DNA of 64,000 nt from Candidatus Atribacteria bacterium UBA6251. GTDB lineage: Bacteria > Atribacterota > Phoenicimicrobiia > Phoenicimicrobiales > Phoenicimicrobiaceae. A program made the position numbers and the translations under genes. Below the pieces are notes generated by a model, which was not told where the DNA came from, ran no database searches, and saw nothing but the letters and a program-made list of their open reading frames with translations. Each line of letters begins with the position of its first letter. Positions within the stretch are counted from its first letter, which is position 1. The stretch is from positions 313 through 64,312 of the forward strand of contig DJVR01000064.1 of NCBI GenBank assembly GCA_002441285.1, written 5' to 3'. Below, one piece after another: positions 17,866 through 27,870 of the stretch.

Positions 17866-18447
17866 ATGAAAGATTGCAGAAAATGGTTTATATTAATCAT
17901 TTTGGGAATAGTTTTATTGACGGGGGGATGTGCTCGCTGGCCTGATGGTTCAGATGAGCCTGGTGAAACTCAATATCAAGTACAAATTACCGTCCAGGTT
18001 CAAGGGCAAGTTAGTTCAGATTTAAATAAGGGAAAATATTATATAGTGCTAGATACAGATGAGAATACTGCTGATGGACCAGGGGCTAATATTTTGCTCT
18101 GGGATGATGAATTTTATTATATTATAAAGTATGAGGGTGGTTTCTTTGATTTTACTCAAGTAGGAGGAGTAGAATCTTTTACCGGTAGTGGAGAGGTAAT
18201 TGAGGAAGACGAAATAAGAGTTACTTTCGATTTGAATGATTTAGGTAATCCCGAAAGCCTGGATATTAATGTAGTAACTACCGACAAAGATAATAATACC
18301 TATGATTCTCTGGATGCAGGTTATTTTTCTATTTATACCAACCGACTTGGTGCTACTAATACTATAAATGATCGTTTTGATGATTCAGGAGAGGGAGGAG
18401 TAGATTTTGACATCATTAAAGTGACAACTTTAATCACTACTCCCTGA
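17866..18447 (+). CDS. Acidic lipoprotein of unknown family (candidate LptE analogue)
   Basis: The track ORF starts at 17827, inside the palindrome. The ATG at 17866 (MKDCRKWF...) follows the RBS gagggagaagg and gives the lipobox LLTGGC. The product is about 193 aa. Confidence 0.7.
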   Translation: MKDCRKWFILIILGIVLLTGGCARWPDGSDEPGETQYQVQITVQVQGQVSSDLNKGKYYIVLDTDENTADGPGANILLWDDEFYYIIKYEGGFFDFTQVGGVESFTGSGEVIEEDEIRVTFDLNDLGNPESLDINVVTTDKDNNTYDSLDAGYFSIYTNRLGATNTINDRFDDSGEGGVDFDIIKVTTLITTP

Positions 18448-18449
18448 TT

Positions 18450-18484
18450 ATGTAAAAAAAAGTGCCAGGCACTTTTTTTTACAT
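18450..18484. repeat. Family A palindrome copy 3 (perfect), bidirectional terminator position
   Basis: Fills almost exactly the 37-nt gap between the convergent stop codons at 18447 and 18485. Confidence 0.9.
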
Positions 18485-20764
18485 CTATTGTTGGCCGATG
18501 GTGATCTTTTCGGTGGGGAAGGCTTTGATGTAAAATTCTAACCAGAAAGATTGAGTGGCTTGTTTATAATTAAAACGAATTTCTCGGCAATGTAAATCTC
18601 TGGTAATACCGATTACACTATTTCTTACTTCCCAATCCTCTAAGTCGATTATACCTTTATAATTAACCTTCCAATTATCGCTCAGTTTAAGATCAAGGGT
18701 AGTATTTATCTCTTTGCTCCACTCTGAGGTATTTAAATTGTAAGAGGTATTAAAATTCATTTTCCAGTCTTCTTTAGGTTTATATGCTAATTTAGCTACC
18801 AGGCTGGCGAAGCTTTCCGCCACAAAATCATAATTAGTAGATAAATTTAAGTCGATTTTTTCAGTAGGAGTAAAAGCCAAAGTCCCTTTGATAAAATGTG
18901 TTAGGGGGTCAATATAATCAAACTTAAAAGGTGTTGGCCCTTCTGTCTTATTATAACTATAGTTCAAAGTAGCGGATAGATAAGGATTATAAGTAGTTTT
19001 TACCTCTATTTTTCCTCCGACTAAATAGCGTGCTTCACCGGTGAGATAGACATCCTGTCGGAAGATACCAGCTGGAGTAATACTGATATTATCTCCAAAT
19101 TTGAAAGGTCTTTTTAAATTAAAAATAAATTCACCACGCCAGTTATCCTCATCTGAGGAATATTCATAAAAATGAGCCACTGAGGTATTAATATCATAAG
19201 AAATCTTGGTTTCTCCCAGAAGGGCAGAGCTTTTTATAAAAGTAAATTCTGGTAAACGATCGATTATTTTGGAAACATTTTCTCCCGTGTAATCATCTTC
19301 ATCCAGGTCAAATCTCTTTTTTGCAACTACATTCACTTTATAGCCTTCGCCCTGAAATTTTAATTCCCACTCTGGAGTGAGCTCCAAATCAGCAAATTCC
19401 TGAGTAGAGGGATGATTTTGGGTAAAATATAGAGTAAGTATAGAATTTAATTGATCACTAATAGTATAGTCATATTTTGCCTTGATATTGCCATTAATAC
19501 CCAGATTATCTAAATCCTTTCCACTAAATTTATATTTTCCGGATAGTTGAAAAGTATAATTTTCTCCGGCTTTATCTAAAGTAAACTGGGAATTCAGGGT
19601 ATTACTGGCTAAAGTTCCATTTGGATTTCTAACCCCGGAATAATTTAAAATCATCTGAGTCGTCAAATCCTGCCCTTTGAATTCCTGCTGATATTTTAAT
19701 TCTCCGTTCAAACTGATCTTATCAGTATCCTTATTCTTAATCTGATAAAGATACAAAGAAGTCTCGCCAGGGTTATTATCTCCTCCAATTTCTAAAGTAT
19801 GAGTAAATCCCAATCCTAATCCCTTCTTCTGTAACCAGTCTGCATAAATGATACCATAAGATTTTTCGGTTATATAATAATTGAAATTAGTCTTTATATA
19901 CCAGCCGTCAGCACTGTTTTGTCCAATCTTAGGGAGGATGGGTTGTTGAGTTTTACGATCTAAAAAGATTATAAAATAGGGAAGGGTAATAATCTTCAAG
20001 TTTCCTTCGTACCAGGAGATATGGCGGGCAATGATTTTATCTTTAGGATAGATAATTAACTCTTTAGCTTCCAGGTGATAATGAGGTTCTGCCAGATCAC
20101 AGGTGGTGAAAGTCCCTCCAGTTATTTCCACTGTCTCCGGGAAGTTTTCCATCTTTTCTCCAGTAAAATAGATCTTCCCCTTTATTCCTTCACCAGTCAA
20201 TTCTCCTTTTAAGCGAATAAGGATTATCTTTTCTGTCTTCCAGTTGTAAGTGACTTCTTCACAATAAGTTTCTGTCTCTTCTTGCTTTAAAAAAACCTCT
20301 CCAGAAGCCCAGAATAAATTTTTATTTAGGTTAATCTTTAATTCCTGACTCTTTATTTCCGTATTATTATATTTTAATTCGACTCCTTCTCGGGCGACAA
20401 TAATATCTTCACCTTCCACCTTTTCATAGGTAATAGATTCTGCCTTTAAGGAAATTTCGTCCTCTGCTTCTTTCCCGGTTTCTTCACTTTTTGCTTCTGC
20501 CTGTTCTTCTCCGAGCTCAATTATTGTCGAGGAAGTTTCAGTTGAAAAGGTATTAGTAGAGGAAATTTCTGGTGATCCGGGGCCTTCTCCTTCTTCAGAG
20601 GCAGGTTCAATATCTGTAGTAGCTGGAGTCTCTTGAGCCCAGGCAGTGGAATCTATTAGCCATTTTCCATTAAAAATAAAGTTTGGTGAGCTTACTCCTA
20701 AAACCGTTGTTAGCACTATTATTAAATAAATTATTAATGGAAATATTTTTTTTGATTTTTGCAT
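18485..20764 (-). CDS. LptD-like outer membrane beta-barrel with N-terminal OstA-like domain
   Basis: 759 aa with a signal peptide and an acidic low-complexity linker. OstA-like segment (ISLKAESITYEKVEGEDIIVAREGVELKYNNTEIKSQELKINL...) followed by a long alternating beta-strand region. Lies adjacent to lptF/G. Confidence 0.6.
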   Translation of the reverse strand: MQKSKKIFPLIIYLIIVLTTVLGVSSPNFIFNGKWLIDSTAWAQETPATTDIEPASEEGEGPGSPEISSTNTFSTETSSTIIELGEEQAEAKSEETGKEAEDEISLKAESITYEKVEGEDIIVAREGVELKYNNTEIKSQELKINLNKNLFWASGEVFLKQEETETYCEEVTYNWKTEKIILIRLKGELTGEGIKGKIYFTGEKMENFPETVEITGGTFTTCDLAEPHYHLEAKELIIYPKDKIIARHISWYEGNLKIITLPYFIIFLDRKTQQPILPKIGQNSADGWYIKTNFNYYITEKSYGIIYADWLQKKGLGLGFTHTLEIGGDNNPGETSLYLYQIKNKDTDKISLNGELKYQQEFKGQDLTTQMILNYSGVRNPNGTLASNTLNSQFTLDKAGENYTFQLSGKYKFSGKDLDNLGINGNIKAKYDYTISDQLNSILTLYFTQNHPSTQEFADLELTPEWELKFQGEGYKVNVVAKKRFDLDEDDYTGENVSKIIDRLPEFTFIKSSALLGETKISYDINTSVAHFYEYSSDEDNWRGEFIFNLKRPFKFGDNISITPAGIFRQDVYLTGEARYLVGGKIEVKTTYNPYLSATLNYSYNKTEGPTPFKFDYIDPLTHFIKGTLAFTPTEKIDLNLSTNYDFVAESFASLVAKLAYKPKEDWKMNFNTSYNLNTSEWSKEINTTLDLKLSDNWKVNYKGIIDLEDWEVRNSVIGITRDLHCREIRFNYKQATQSFWLEFYIKAFPTEKITIGQQ

Positions 20765-20766
20765 CT

Positions 20767-21891
20767 TTATTTCTTTTCAGCTCCTAGCATAATAAATATG
20801 CCTAAAATGCCAAAGACTAGGTTCGGTAACCAAGCTGAAGTAATCGGGTCTATCATTCCACCTCGACCCATAGAGCGAGTAACGGATAAGAAAACATAAT
20901 AGGATAAGATTAAAACAATACTAATCACTATTCCAGTTGCCTTGCTACCTCTCTTAACTCTTAGACCCAGGGGTACACCCATTAAAACAAAGATTAGTCC
21001 TGAATAGGGTATAGAAAATTTCATATGGTAATCTACTTCAAAATTTTTGGTATCTGCCCCAGCTTGTTTCAAAATCTCTATCTGTTGACTTAACTCTTTA
21101 CTACTCATTTCCTGAGGGGTCCGTTGATTGGTAAAGAATTTTTGTAAATCTTCCTTTACTATAATATCCAGATTGATAAAGTCCATTTCATAAGTAATTT
21201 TACCATTTTCATCGTAATTGTAGATAGTTCCATTCTCCAGTTTCCAGGTATCTACTACCCAGACACCTCTTTTTGCTGTAATAACTCGAGGGAATTTTTC
21301 TCGAGTCATTTCATAAACCATAATATCTTGCATAATCATTCCATCTTCATCCAGTTTATTGATGTAAAAATAACGATTTTCTGCATCCCTAAAGAAGACA
21401 TTGCGCATGATATTGGGAGGACCCTTTTTTAAGACAATTTCGCGAATAATATTCTGGGAAATGTGGTTTGCTTCCGGAACTATGTAATCATTGATGTAAA
21501 AAGATAATATGCTGACTAATAGGGAGGCGACCAAGAAAGGAATCATAATCCGCCTTAGGCTTATTCCTCCAGCGCGCATAGCGGTAATCTCTCCATCGGT
21601 AGATAATCTAGCAATCGCAAATTCACTGGAGGCTAATAAGGACATAGGGAAGGTTACTACTAAGTAGGCAGGAAGACGGTAAATTAATAATTTAGCTACA
21701 TATTGCCAGGCTACCCTTTTATTAATCAATATATCCAGTAGTTCAAAAAGGGTTTGCATAATAAGCATAATAGTAAGGGCAGCAACTGCCAGTGCCACAA
21801 AACTTAACACCTCTTTGATAATATAGCGGTCTAATATCTTAGGCCACCATAAAAAACTTCTTCTCCTCTTTACCGACATCTCCATAGTCAT
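20767..21891 (-). CDS. LptF/LptG family permease (YjgP/YjgQ)
   Basis: 374 aa with 6 predicted TM segments and a periplasmic beta-jellyroll insert. The N-terminus ILDRYIIKEV is typical of the family. Confidence 0.85.
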   Translation of the reverse strand: MTMEMSVKRRRSFLWWPKILDRYIIKEVLSFVALAVAALTIMLIMQTLFELLDILINKRVAWQYVAKLLIYRLPAYLVVTFPMSLLASSEFAIARLSTDGEITAMRAGGISLRRIMIPFLVASLLVSILSFYINDYIVPEANHISQNIIREIVLKKGPPNIMRNVFFRDAENRYFYINKLDEDGMIMQDIMVYEMTREKFPRVITAKRGVWVVDTWKLENGTIYNYDENGKITYEMDFINLDIIVKEDLQKFFTNQRTPQEMSSKELSQQIEILKQAGADTKNFEVDYHMKFSIPYSGLIFVLMGVPLGLRVKRGSKATGIVISIVLILSYYVFLSVTRSMGRGGMIDPITSAWLPNLVFGILGIFIMLGAEKK

Positions 21892-21962
21892 TTTAGCTTC
21901 CTATTTTCCTGCTTATACTATTGTATTTTTATCCAGTATAACATATTTTCTTTTTTAACAAA

Positions 21963-21997
21963 ATGTAAAAAAAAGTGCCAGGCACTTTTTTTTACAT
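21963..21997. repeat. Family A palindrome copy 4 (perfect), in a divergent intergenic region
   Basis: Same 35-mer, lying between the starts of lptF/G (21891, minus) and the TPR gene (22063, plus). Confidence 0.9.
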
Positions 21998-22062
21998 TGA
22001 ACTAGCTGGGGAACTATTATATAATTATAAAGTTAAATGGAAGAAAAGAAAAGGTAGGAAAG

Positions 22063-22935
22063 ATGAAAAATATTGCCAATAATCTACCAAATCAGCAAAT
22101 AGACGTCTTCTGGCTAACTACAATTATAGTGTTAGTATTGGGACTTTTTTCTTTTTCGAGTATTTTTCTTTTTAGCTCGATCCAGGTAGCCGCAGATTCG
22201 ACGCCATCCCTCCCTGAAACATCACCACAGAAGTCTTTTAACGAGGGATTAGCCCTGTTTAGGCAAAGTAAATACGAACAGGCTATTCCTTATTTTAATA
22301 CAATGCTTCTCCAGGATCCTGAACATACTGAAAGTTATTACTATTTAGGACAATGTTATCTTCAATTGGGAATAATAGAATATAATCAAAAGAATATCTT
22401 TAAGGCTTATAGTCTATACCGTAAAGCCAATGAGATAGCCGAACAGGTGATTCCTCTTTACATAAAGGGAATTAAGCAGGATCCTGATGAACTAGATAAT
22501 TATATAAAGCTGGGTTATATTTACGAATTAAGGAGTGAGGTGCCTTTTAATGATGAATACAAAATTGCTTTAGAATACTATCTAAAAGGGTTAGAAGTAG
22601 TAAAAAGATTGGAAAATAATCTAATCTCTGATCCATCTATTTCTGCTTCTAATACTCAAAGGTATAGCCCTTATCGAGGAATAAAGATTTATTTTTTATC
22701 GAGAGCCGGATATATCTACTGGCTAAAAAAAGATTATACGGAAGCTATTGATTATTTAGAACAGGCAGTGGAATTATCCCCTGAGAATATTGAGGGAAAC
22801 TATTATTTAGGTTTATCTTATGTTAAAATAGGAGAAAAAGAAGAAGCTAAACCATATCTTTTACGGGTAATAGAACTGGTCCCTCAATCAGAATACGCTC
22901 AAGAAGCAGAAAAAATATTAAAGAAAATAGATTAG
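22063..22935 (+). CDS. TPR-repeat protein with N-terminal membrane anchor
   Basis: TM helix followed by several TPR-like units (YEQAIPYFNTMLLQDPEH, YTEAIDYLEQAVELSPEN). Confidence 0.75.
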   Translation: MKNIANNLPNQQIDVFWLTTIIVLVLGLFSFSSIFLFSSIQVAADSTPSLPETSPQKSFNEGLALFRQSKYEQAIPYFNTMLLQDPEHTESYYYLGQCYLQLGIIEYNQKNIFKAYSLYRKANEIAEQVIPLYIKGIKQDPDELDNYIKLGYIYELRSEVPFNDEYKIALEYYLKGLEVVKRLENNLISDPSISASNTQRYSPYRGIKIYFLSRAGYIYWLKKDYTEAIDYLEQAVELSPENIEGNYYLGLSYVKIGEKEEAKPYLLRVIELVPQSEYAQEAEKILKKID

Positions 22936-23204
22936 TTGATTAATTAATTTGCTAGTCGGTTGGCTGGCTGTTCAATTTTAATTAGTTACCTAATTAATTA
23001 GCTGGTTGTCTAATCTTTTTACCTATCTAATTAACTGGTTAGCCATTTTGTCTATTAAAATTAAAATTAAAACAGCATATAGTTTGTGCTACTTGGCTTT
23101 GGTTTTAAGGGTGGTATTAAATTTATTGATTAGATAAAAAAATAGGTATCAAACAAAAAAGATAAATTTTATTATTTTATTATTTCACTATTATTATTAT
23201 TATT

Positions 23205-24548
23205 ATGGTGAGACAAAAATACCTACTATATATCGGCGGAGGCATCAAGGATTTGAATCAATATAAAATAAAAGAAGCATTTAAAAAATTCAAAAGCAAA
23301 AAAAATGGATTAATAATCTTATTATTATTAGGCAGTCTCTTTTCTCTGTTGACTTTAAGTGGTTGCCTGTTTAATTCCTTCTATAAAGGTTCTGTAGAGG
23401 GATATATTTATGAACAGACTATTTTAGAACCACGCCCTCTTAAAGATGCCTTAATCAGCATAACTGGCTCAACCAATACTGCCTTAACCGATGAAGATGG
23501 ATACTTTCATCTTGATGAGGTAAGCATCGGAACAAGAACCCTAACTATAGCTAAAGAAGGTTATGTTACTACCAAAGTATTGAATGTAGTGATTACTAAA
23601 GATGAAACCACCTTATTAAATGATGGTAATCCCTTAATTATTTTTCCTACTGATGATAAATATCTCTTTGATAGCGGAGTAAGCTATTATAATTTAAAAG
23701 ACTATAATTCCTCCCTGTCCACTTTTAAAGAATTAGTTACTACTTATCCAGACAGTCCTTATGCGGATGATGCCCAGTATTATCTGGGCTATATCAATGA
23801 ATATAAGTTATACAATTATATTCAAGCCTTTCAAGAGTATCAATACTTAATTGATACTTATCCAGACAGTCCTTATGCGGATGATGCCCAGTTAGGTTTA
23901 GGAAACTGTTATTATGCTACTTATGATTATACTCACGCTATTGAGGCTTATCAGCAGTTACGCCAGGATTACCCTGATTCCAATCTTGCCCCCATGGCTC
24001 AGTATTATATTGGACATAGCTATCGAAAACTATATAATTTTAGTCAGGCTATTATTGAATATACTAAAGTACTTATAGATTTTCCGGAGAGTGAATATGC
24101 GGCTCCCGCCCAATACTATATTGCCTATACATATTATAGTGACAAACAATACGATCAAGCTATCTTAGAATTCCAAAATACAGTAAATAACTACCCCGAT
24201 TCTACCTGGCCAGGTGAACCAGACCGACTTATTGCCCCTTGTGCCCAATTTTATATCGGATTCTGCCTGATGAAAGCAAAAGATTATAATGAAGCTATTC
24301 GAGCCTTTCAGGTAGTAATTGATGATTATCCTGAAGATTCCTGGAATGACAATCGTATCATTGCACCGGAGGCTCAGTATTATATTGGGGATTGCTACCG
24401 ATTACAAGAACTCTGGACAGAAGCTTTAGAGGCTTATCAGAAAGTAATCGATAATTATCCCGAAAGTAAATGGTGGGATGGTACCTCAATCCCGGATTCT
24501 GCCCAATACTGGATTGACTGGATCAATGAAAAACATCCCCCAACTTAG
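23205..24548 (+). CDS. Lipoprotein with carboxypeptidase-regulatory-like domain and YbgF/BamD-type TPR repeats
   Basis: Lipobox LTLSGC. CarbopepD_reg-like segment: GYIYEQT...TDEDGYFHLDEVSIGTRTLTIAKEGY. Seven repeats of the ...YPDSPYADDAQYYLG... type. The start codon is uncertain. Confidence 0.7.
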   Translation: MVRQKYLLYIGGGIKDLNQYKIKEAFKKFKSKKNGLIILLLLGSLFSLLTLSGCLFNSFYKGSVEGYIYEQTILEPRPLKDALISITGSTNTALTDEDGYFHLDEVSIGTRTLTIAKEGYVTTKVLNVVITKDETTLLNDGNPLIIFPTDDKYLFDSGVSYYNLKDYNSSLSTFKELVTTYPDSPYADDAQYYLGYINEYKLYNYIQAFQEYQYLIDTYPDSPYADDAQLGLGNCYYATYDYTHAIEAYQQLRQDYPDSNLAPMAQYYIGHSYRKLYNFSQAIIEYTKVLIDFPESEYAAPAQYYIAYTYYSDKQYDQAILEFQNTVNNYPDSTWPGEPDRLIAPCAQFYIGFCLMKAKDYNEAIRAFQVVIDDYPEDSWNDNRIIAPEAQYYIGDCYRLQELWTEALEAYQKVIDNYPESKWWDGTSIPDSAQYWIDWINEKHPPT

Positions 24549-24971
24549 TAAATTAGTGCATAGTATTGATAATATATAATAATTTGTATCTAACCGTTAT
24601 GTTAGTATTATAGAGTATATTATCTTTAACCAGTAGAGATTGAATAGAAATTGAATTAAAAATTAGATGCTGAAAAATTTTTTATTTTATTATATCTTTT
24701 CCTAACTAAGTAACTATTTAATTAACCAAGATACTAACTAATAAAGCAACTAATCAGCTAATATAGCTAAGTAATATAATCGAGCAATCAATAAATTGAT
24801 TAATTGACAAATTAGAAAAGTAATAAATTAATAAATCACGCAATTGAATTATCGCTTACCAAAACAAATAGTTTCAACAGGACCAGCGGTAAGCATAAAC
24901 TGCAATAGTCTTTTTAATACTAATGATTATTTATTATACACTGACCATTAGAAAATCGGAGAATTTCCTAA

Positions 24972-25553
24972 ATGGATGAACTTAAAATTATTGAGCTTTG
25001 TCTTCTGGGAAAGACCCAATATTTTTCCCGGTTAATTGATAATTATCAACATATGATCTTTAACTTAGCTTATCGGATGAGTAATAATCTCCAAGAAGCG
25101 GAGGATATTGCCCAGGAAACTTTTATTAAAGCCTTTCAGCATCTGAACCATTTTAATCCTAACTATAAATTCTCTACCTGGCTTTACCAGATTGCCTTAA
25201 ATATTATGCGAGATAAATTTAAAAAAAAGGAAATACATCCTTATTCTCTGGACACTCCGAAAGAAGGAGCAGATACAGAATCTTTACCTCCCGAACCAGC
25301 AGACCATACCCATAATCCGGAATGTATTCTAACCCAAAAAGAAGAAACTGAACTAATTCAAAGGGCAATTAATGCCCTCCCTTTAAAATATAAAGAAGTA
25401 ATTATCCTGCGACATATTCAAGACTTATCTTATCTAGAAATTGCCCGTATTCTAAAATTGCCAGAAAGCACAGTAAAAATACGCCTCTTCCGTGCTCGTG
25501 AACAATTGAAGCAAGAGATTGAAAAAGAGGGGAGAGGCTGCTTTTTTGATTAA
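24972..25553 (+). CDS. ECF (group 4) sigma-70 family factor
   Basis: Region 2 (AEDIAQETFIKAF...FSTWLYQIALN) and region 4 (ILRHIQDLSYLEIARILKLPESTVKIRLFRAREQL). Confidence 0.9.
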   Translation: MDELKIIELCLLGKTQYFSRLIDNYQHMIFNLAYRMSNNLQEAEDIAQETFIKAFQHLNHFNPNYKFSTWLYQIALNIMRDKFKKKEIHPYSLDTPKEGADTESLPPEPADHTHNPECILTQKEETELIQRAINALPLKYKEVIILRHIQDLSYLEIARILKLPESTVKIRLFRAREQLKQEIEKEGRGCFFD

Positions 25554-25591
25554 TTTTAAAAAATAACCTCTACCCTTTTTTATCCTTTTTT

Positions 25592-25619
25592 TGTAACTTT
25601 TCTCTTAATTTTTCGTAAT
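25592..25619 (+). promoter_or_regulatory. ECF-type promoter candidate (TGTAAC-N16-CGTAAT) upstream of the anti-sigma gene
   Basis: tgtaac (25592-25597), 16-nt spacer, cgtaat (25614-25619). The 12-mer TGTAACTTTTCT is identical to that at 27717. Confidence 0.6.
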
Positions 25620-25715
25620 ATATGGTGAAGAGAAAAGGAACCCTAAAGCCAAAGAGGGAAGGGCAAAAAAATTTAAGTCTTTCCAAAGAATAAAAATTAG
25701 AAAAAAGATGAAAGA

Positions 25716-26405
25716 ATGAATACCAGAATGGATTGTATAAAAATTAAAACGCTACTAAATGAATATATAGAACAGCTTACTAATGAGGATTCTACTAATC
25801 AGATAAAAGAGCATCTTCGCTCCTGTCCATCTTGTCAACAGGAATATCAAAGGTTGCAAAAATTAATCTCATCCCTGCGCAGTTTTACTCCTCAGGAAGC
25901 ACCTGCAGACTTCACCGAAAAGGTGATGGCTAAGATTGCTCAAGAAAAAATAGAAATTGATCCTTCTTTCTGGAAGGAAATAAAAAGAAAGATTACGGTA
26001 CCTCTACCTTCTTTGCCTTCTTTGCGGGTTATGGGAGTATCTAGCGCTCTCATTGTTGTATTTTTATTTTTTGCTTTTAATTATCTCTTTAAACCAGTAG
26101 AAATAATCCCTCTCTGTTCAGCGGAAGTAAAGTTTTCTTTGCGGGTAGGGGATAACCAACAGATTCATACCATTGCGATTGCTGGTGATTTCAATAACTG
26201 GGATCCTCAGGCAAATATCTTGCAGGATTCCGATGGTGATGGCATCTGGACAGCTACCTTAAAACTACCTCCCGGTAGATATGAATATATGTTTGTTTTA
26301 AATGGAGAAAAGTGGTTGCCTGATCCCAATGCCCTACGTTACGTCAAAGATGGTTTTGGGAACAGGAATGCTATCTTAGAGGTAAATAATTGTAGCTCAA
26401 CTTAA
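25716..26405 (+). CDS. Anti-sigma factor: zf-HC2 N-terminus, one TM helix, extracytoplasmic CBM48/AMPK-beta-like glycogen-binding domain
   Basis: HLRSCPSCQQEY zinc-finger motif and TM helix VSSALIVVFLFFAFNYLF. C-terminal IAIAGDFNNWDP...GIWTATLKLPPGRYEYMFVLNGEKWLPDPNA is typical of E-set/CBM48 modules. Confidence 0.8.
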   Translation: MNTRMDCIKIKTLLNEYIEQLTNEDSTNQIKEHLRSCPSCQQEYQRLQKLISSLRSFTPQEAPADFTEKVMAKIAQEKIEIDPSFWKEIKRKITVPLPSLPSLRVMGVSSALIVVFLFFAFNYLFKPVEIIPLCSAEVKFSLRVGDNQQIHTIAIAGDFNNWDPQANILQDSDGDGIWTATLKLPPGRYEYMFVLNGEKWLPDPNALRYVKDGFGNRNAILEVNNCSST

Positions 26406-26478
26406 TCTCAATCTGAATAGGTAAGTTATTCGGTTATTTTGTTATGGTTATCTTGACTAAAAGAAATGGGTAAATAGA

Positions 26479-27483
26479 ATGACAAAAAAGATCCTTAAAG
26501 CTAACAACACAATAAAATTAACTTTAATAAATTCAATTATTTTAATCATTTTAGTCTCTTTGACTACCACTGTTCTTTCTGCTGCAACAGAAGGAGGAGA
26601 TCCAGTTATTGAACAACAATTAGCACAACTAAAAGATATTTTAGATAATTCCTCCTCTTATAGTGAATTCCAGAAGAATCAGATGCTTCTACCAACTTTG
26701 CAGAAGATCTTAGCCAGTGGTATTTCCTTTGAAGAGACTAATGAAATAGTGGAAAAAGGGGTAAACAATTCCTTTGATGCTTATAATATGAAAAAGATTC
26801 TAGATATCCTTCAGGAGACTAAAGAAGAAGATTTGCCAGTAGAACCCTTGATCAATAAAATAAACGAAGGATTAGCTAAAAATGTAAATAAGACTACCTT
26901 AATTTCAGTAATTTCTAAAAAGGCAGAAAATTTGAAAAAAGCTAATGAAATTTTAAGGGCAGCCGAGCAAGAAGGCTTAAAAATTGAAGATGGTGAGGAA
27001 GTCATCAGGATTATCGGGGATAGTCTGGAAAATGATGTCCCTGCCGAATCTTTATCCTGGCTAATTAAGACCGGATTAAAACAGGGGAAGAGCTTAGAAG
27101 AGATTACCGAAATTAGTGATGAACTGGGATATTTAAGTTTAATGGCTTATGATGCTGGCCTATCTTCTGATAAGATAAATCTCTTATTTAATCAATCCAT
27201 AGAAGGCAGTATATTAGTCGAAGAGATATGCGTAACTATTCAAAAGAATTTAGAAGCAGAAATTGCCTTAAATACTATGGGAGGGAATGGAACCAAACCT
27301 TCCTCTCCTGCCAGTGGAGGAGCAACTTTACCTACCTCACCCACTGAAGCAGTGAGTGGCTTTACTGATATGGGAGGAACACCTGCACAAGAGGCAGGAG
27401 AAGCCCCTACCGAAAGTGGTAGTGCTCCTATACCCTCTGAGCCATCTGAAGAGGAGAGCCCAACTCCACCACCGGAAAACTGA
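26479..27483 (+). CDS. Secreted all-helical protein with Pro/Ser/Thr/Gly-rich C-terminal tail
   Basis: Signal/anchor, repeated helical modules, and a C-terminal low-complexity tail (GTKPSSPASGGATLPTSPTEA...PSEPSEEESPTPPPEN). Confidence 0.6.
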   Translation: MTKKILKANNTIKLTLINSIILIILVSLTTTVLSAATEGGDPVIEQQLAQLKDILDNSSSYSEFQKNQMLLPTLQKILASGISFEETNEIVEKGVNNSFDAYNMKKILDILQETKEEDLPVEPLINKINEGLAKNVNKTTLISVISKKAENLKKANEILRAAEQEGLKIEDGEEVIRIIGDSLENDVPAESLSWLIKTGLKQGKSLEEITEISDELGYLSLMAYDAGLSSDKINLLFNQSIEGSILVEEICVTIQKNLEAEIALNTMGGNGTKPSSPASGGATLPTSPTEAVSGFTDMGGTPAQEAGEAPTESGSAPIPSEPSEEESPTPPPEN

Positions 27484-27716
27484 TTAATGAATGTGATTTT
27501 AATCACTATGTGCTCCTTGACAAAAGAATAACTAAGTCAATATCAGGAAAGATTTTAAATTAAAAACTTATCTTAGCACAAAGATAATTCGCTTATCTGG
27601 TGATCTTATAATAATCTTCTTTAAGCTTAATTAACCAGATACACTGTTTTATGGTTTAACATTGCCTGGTGATTATCTTAACAGCTAAATTAGTTAATCC
27701 ACTAACTAACTAATTA

Positions 27717-27744
27717 TGTAACTTTTCTTGACTTTTCTCGTACT
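27717..27744 (+). promoter_or_regulatory. ECF-type promoter candidate (TGTAAC-N16-CGTACT) upstream of the Cys-rich lipoprotein gene
   Basis: tgtaac (27717-27722), 16-nt spacer, cgtact (27739-27744), with the same TGTAACTTTTCT core as 25592. A sigma70-like alternative overlaps it (TTGACT 27728, 17 nt, TAGTAT 27751). Confidence 0.55.
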
Positions 27745-27870
27745 ATTTATTAGTATTTATTTAGTTACTTAGTTAAATAGTTAAAAATTTAATTAATTTC
27801 TTATATTAGGCAAGTTATCTTTATTTTAACTAATTAGTTAACCAATGACTAATAAATGATTATACAGTGG

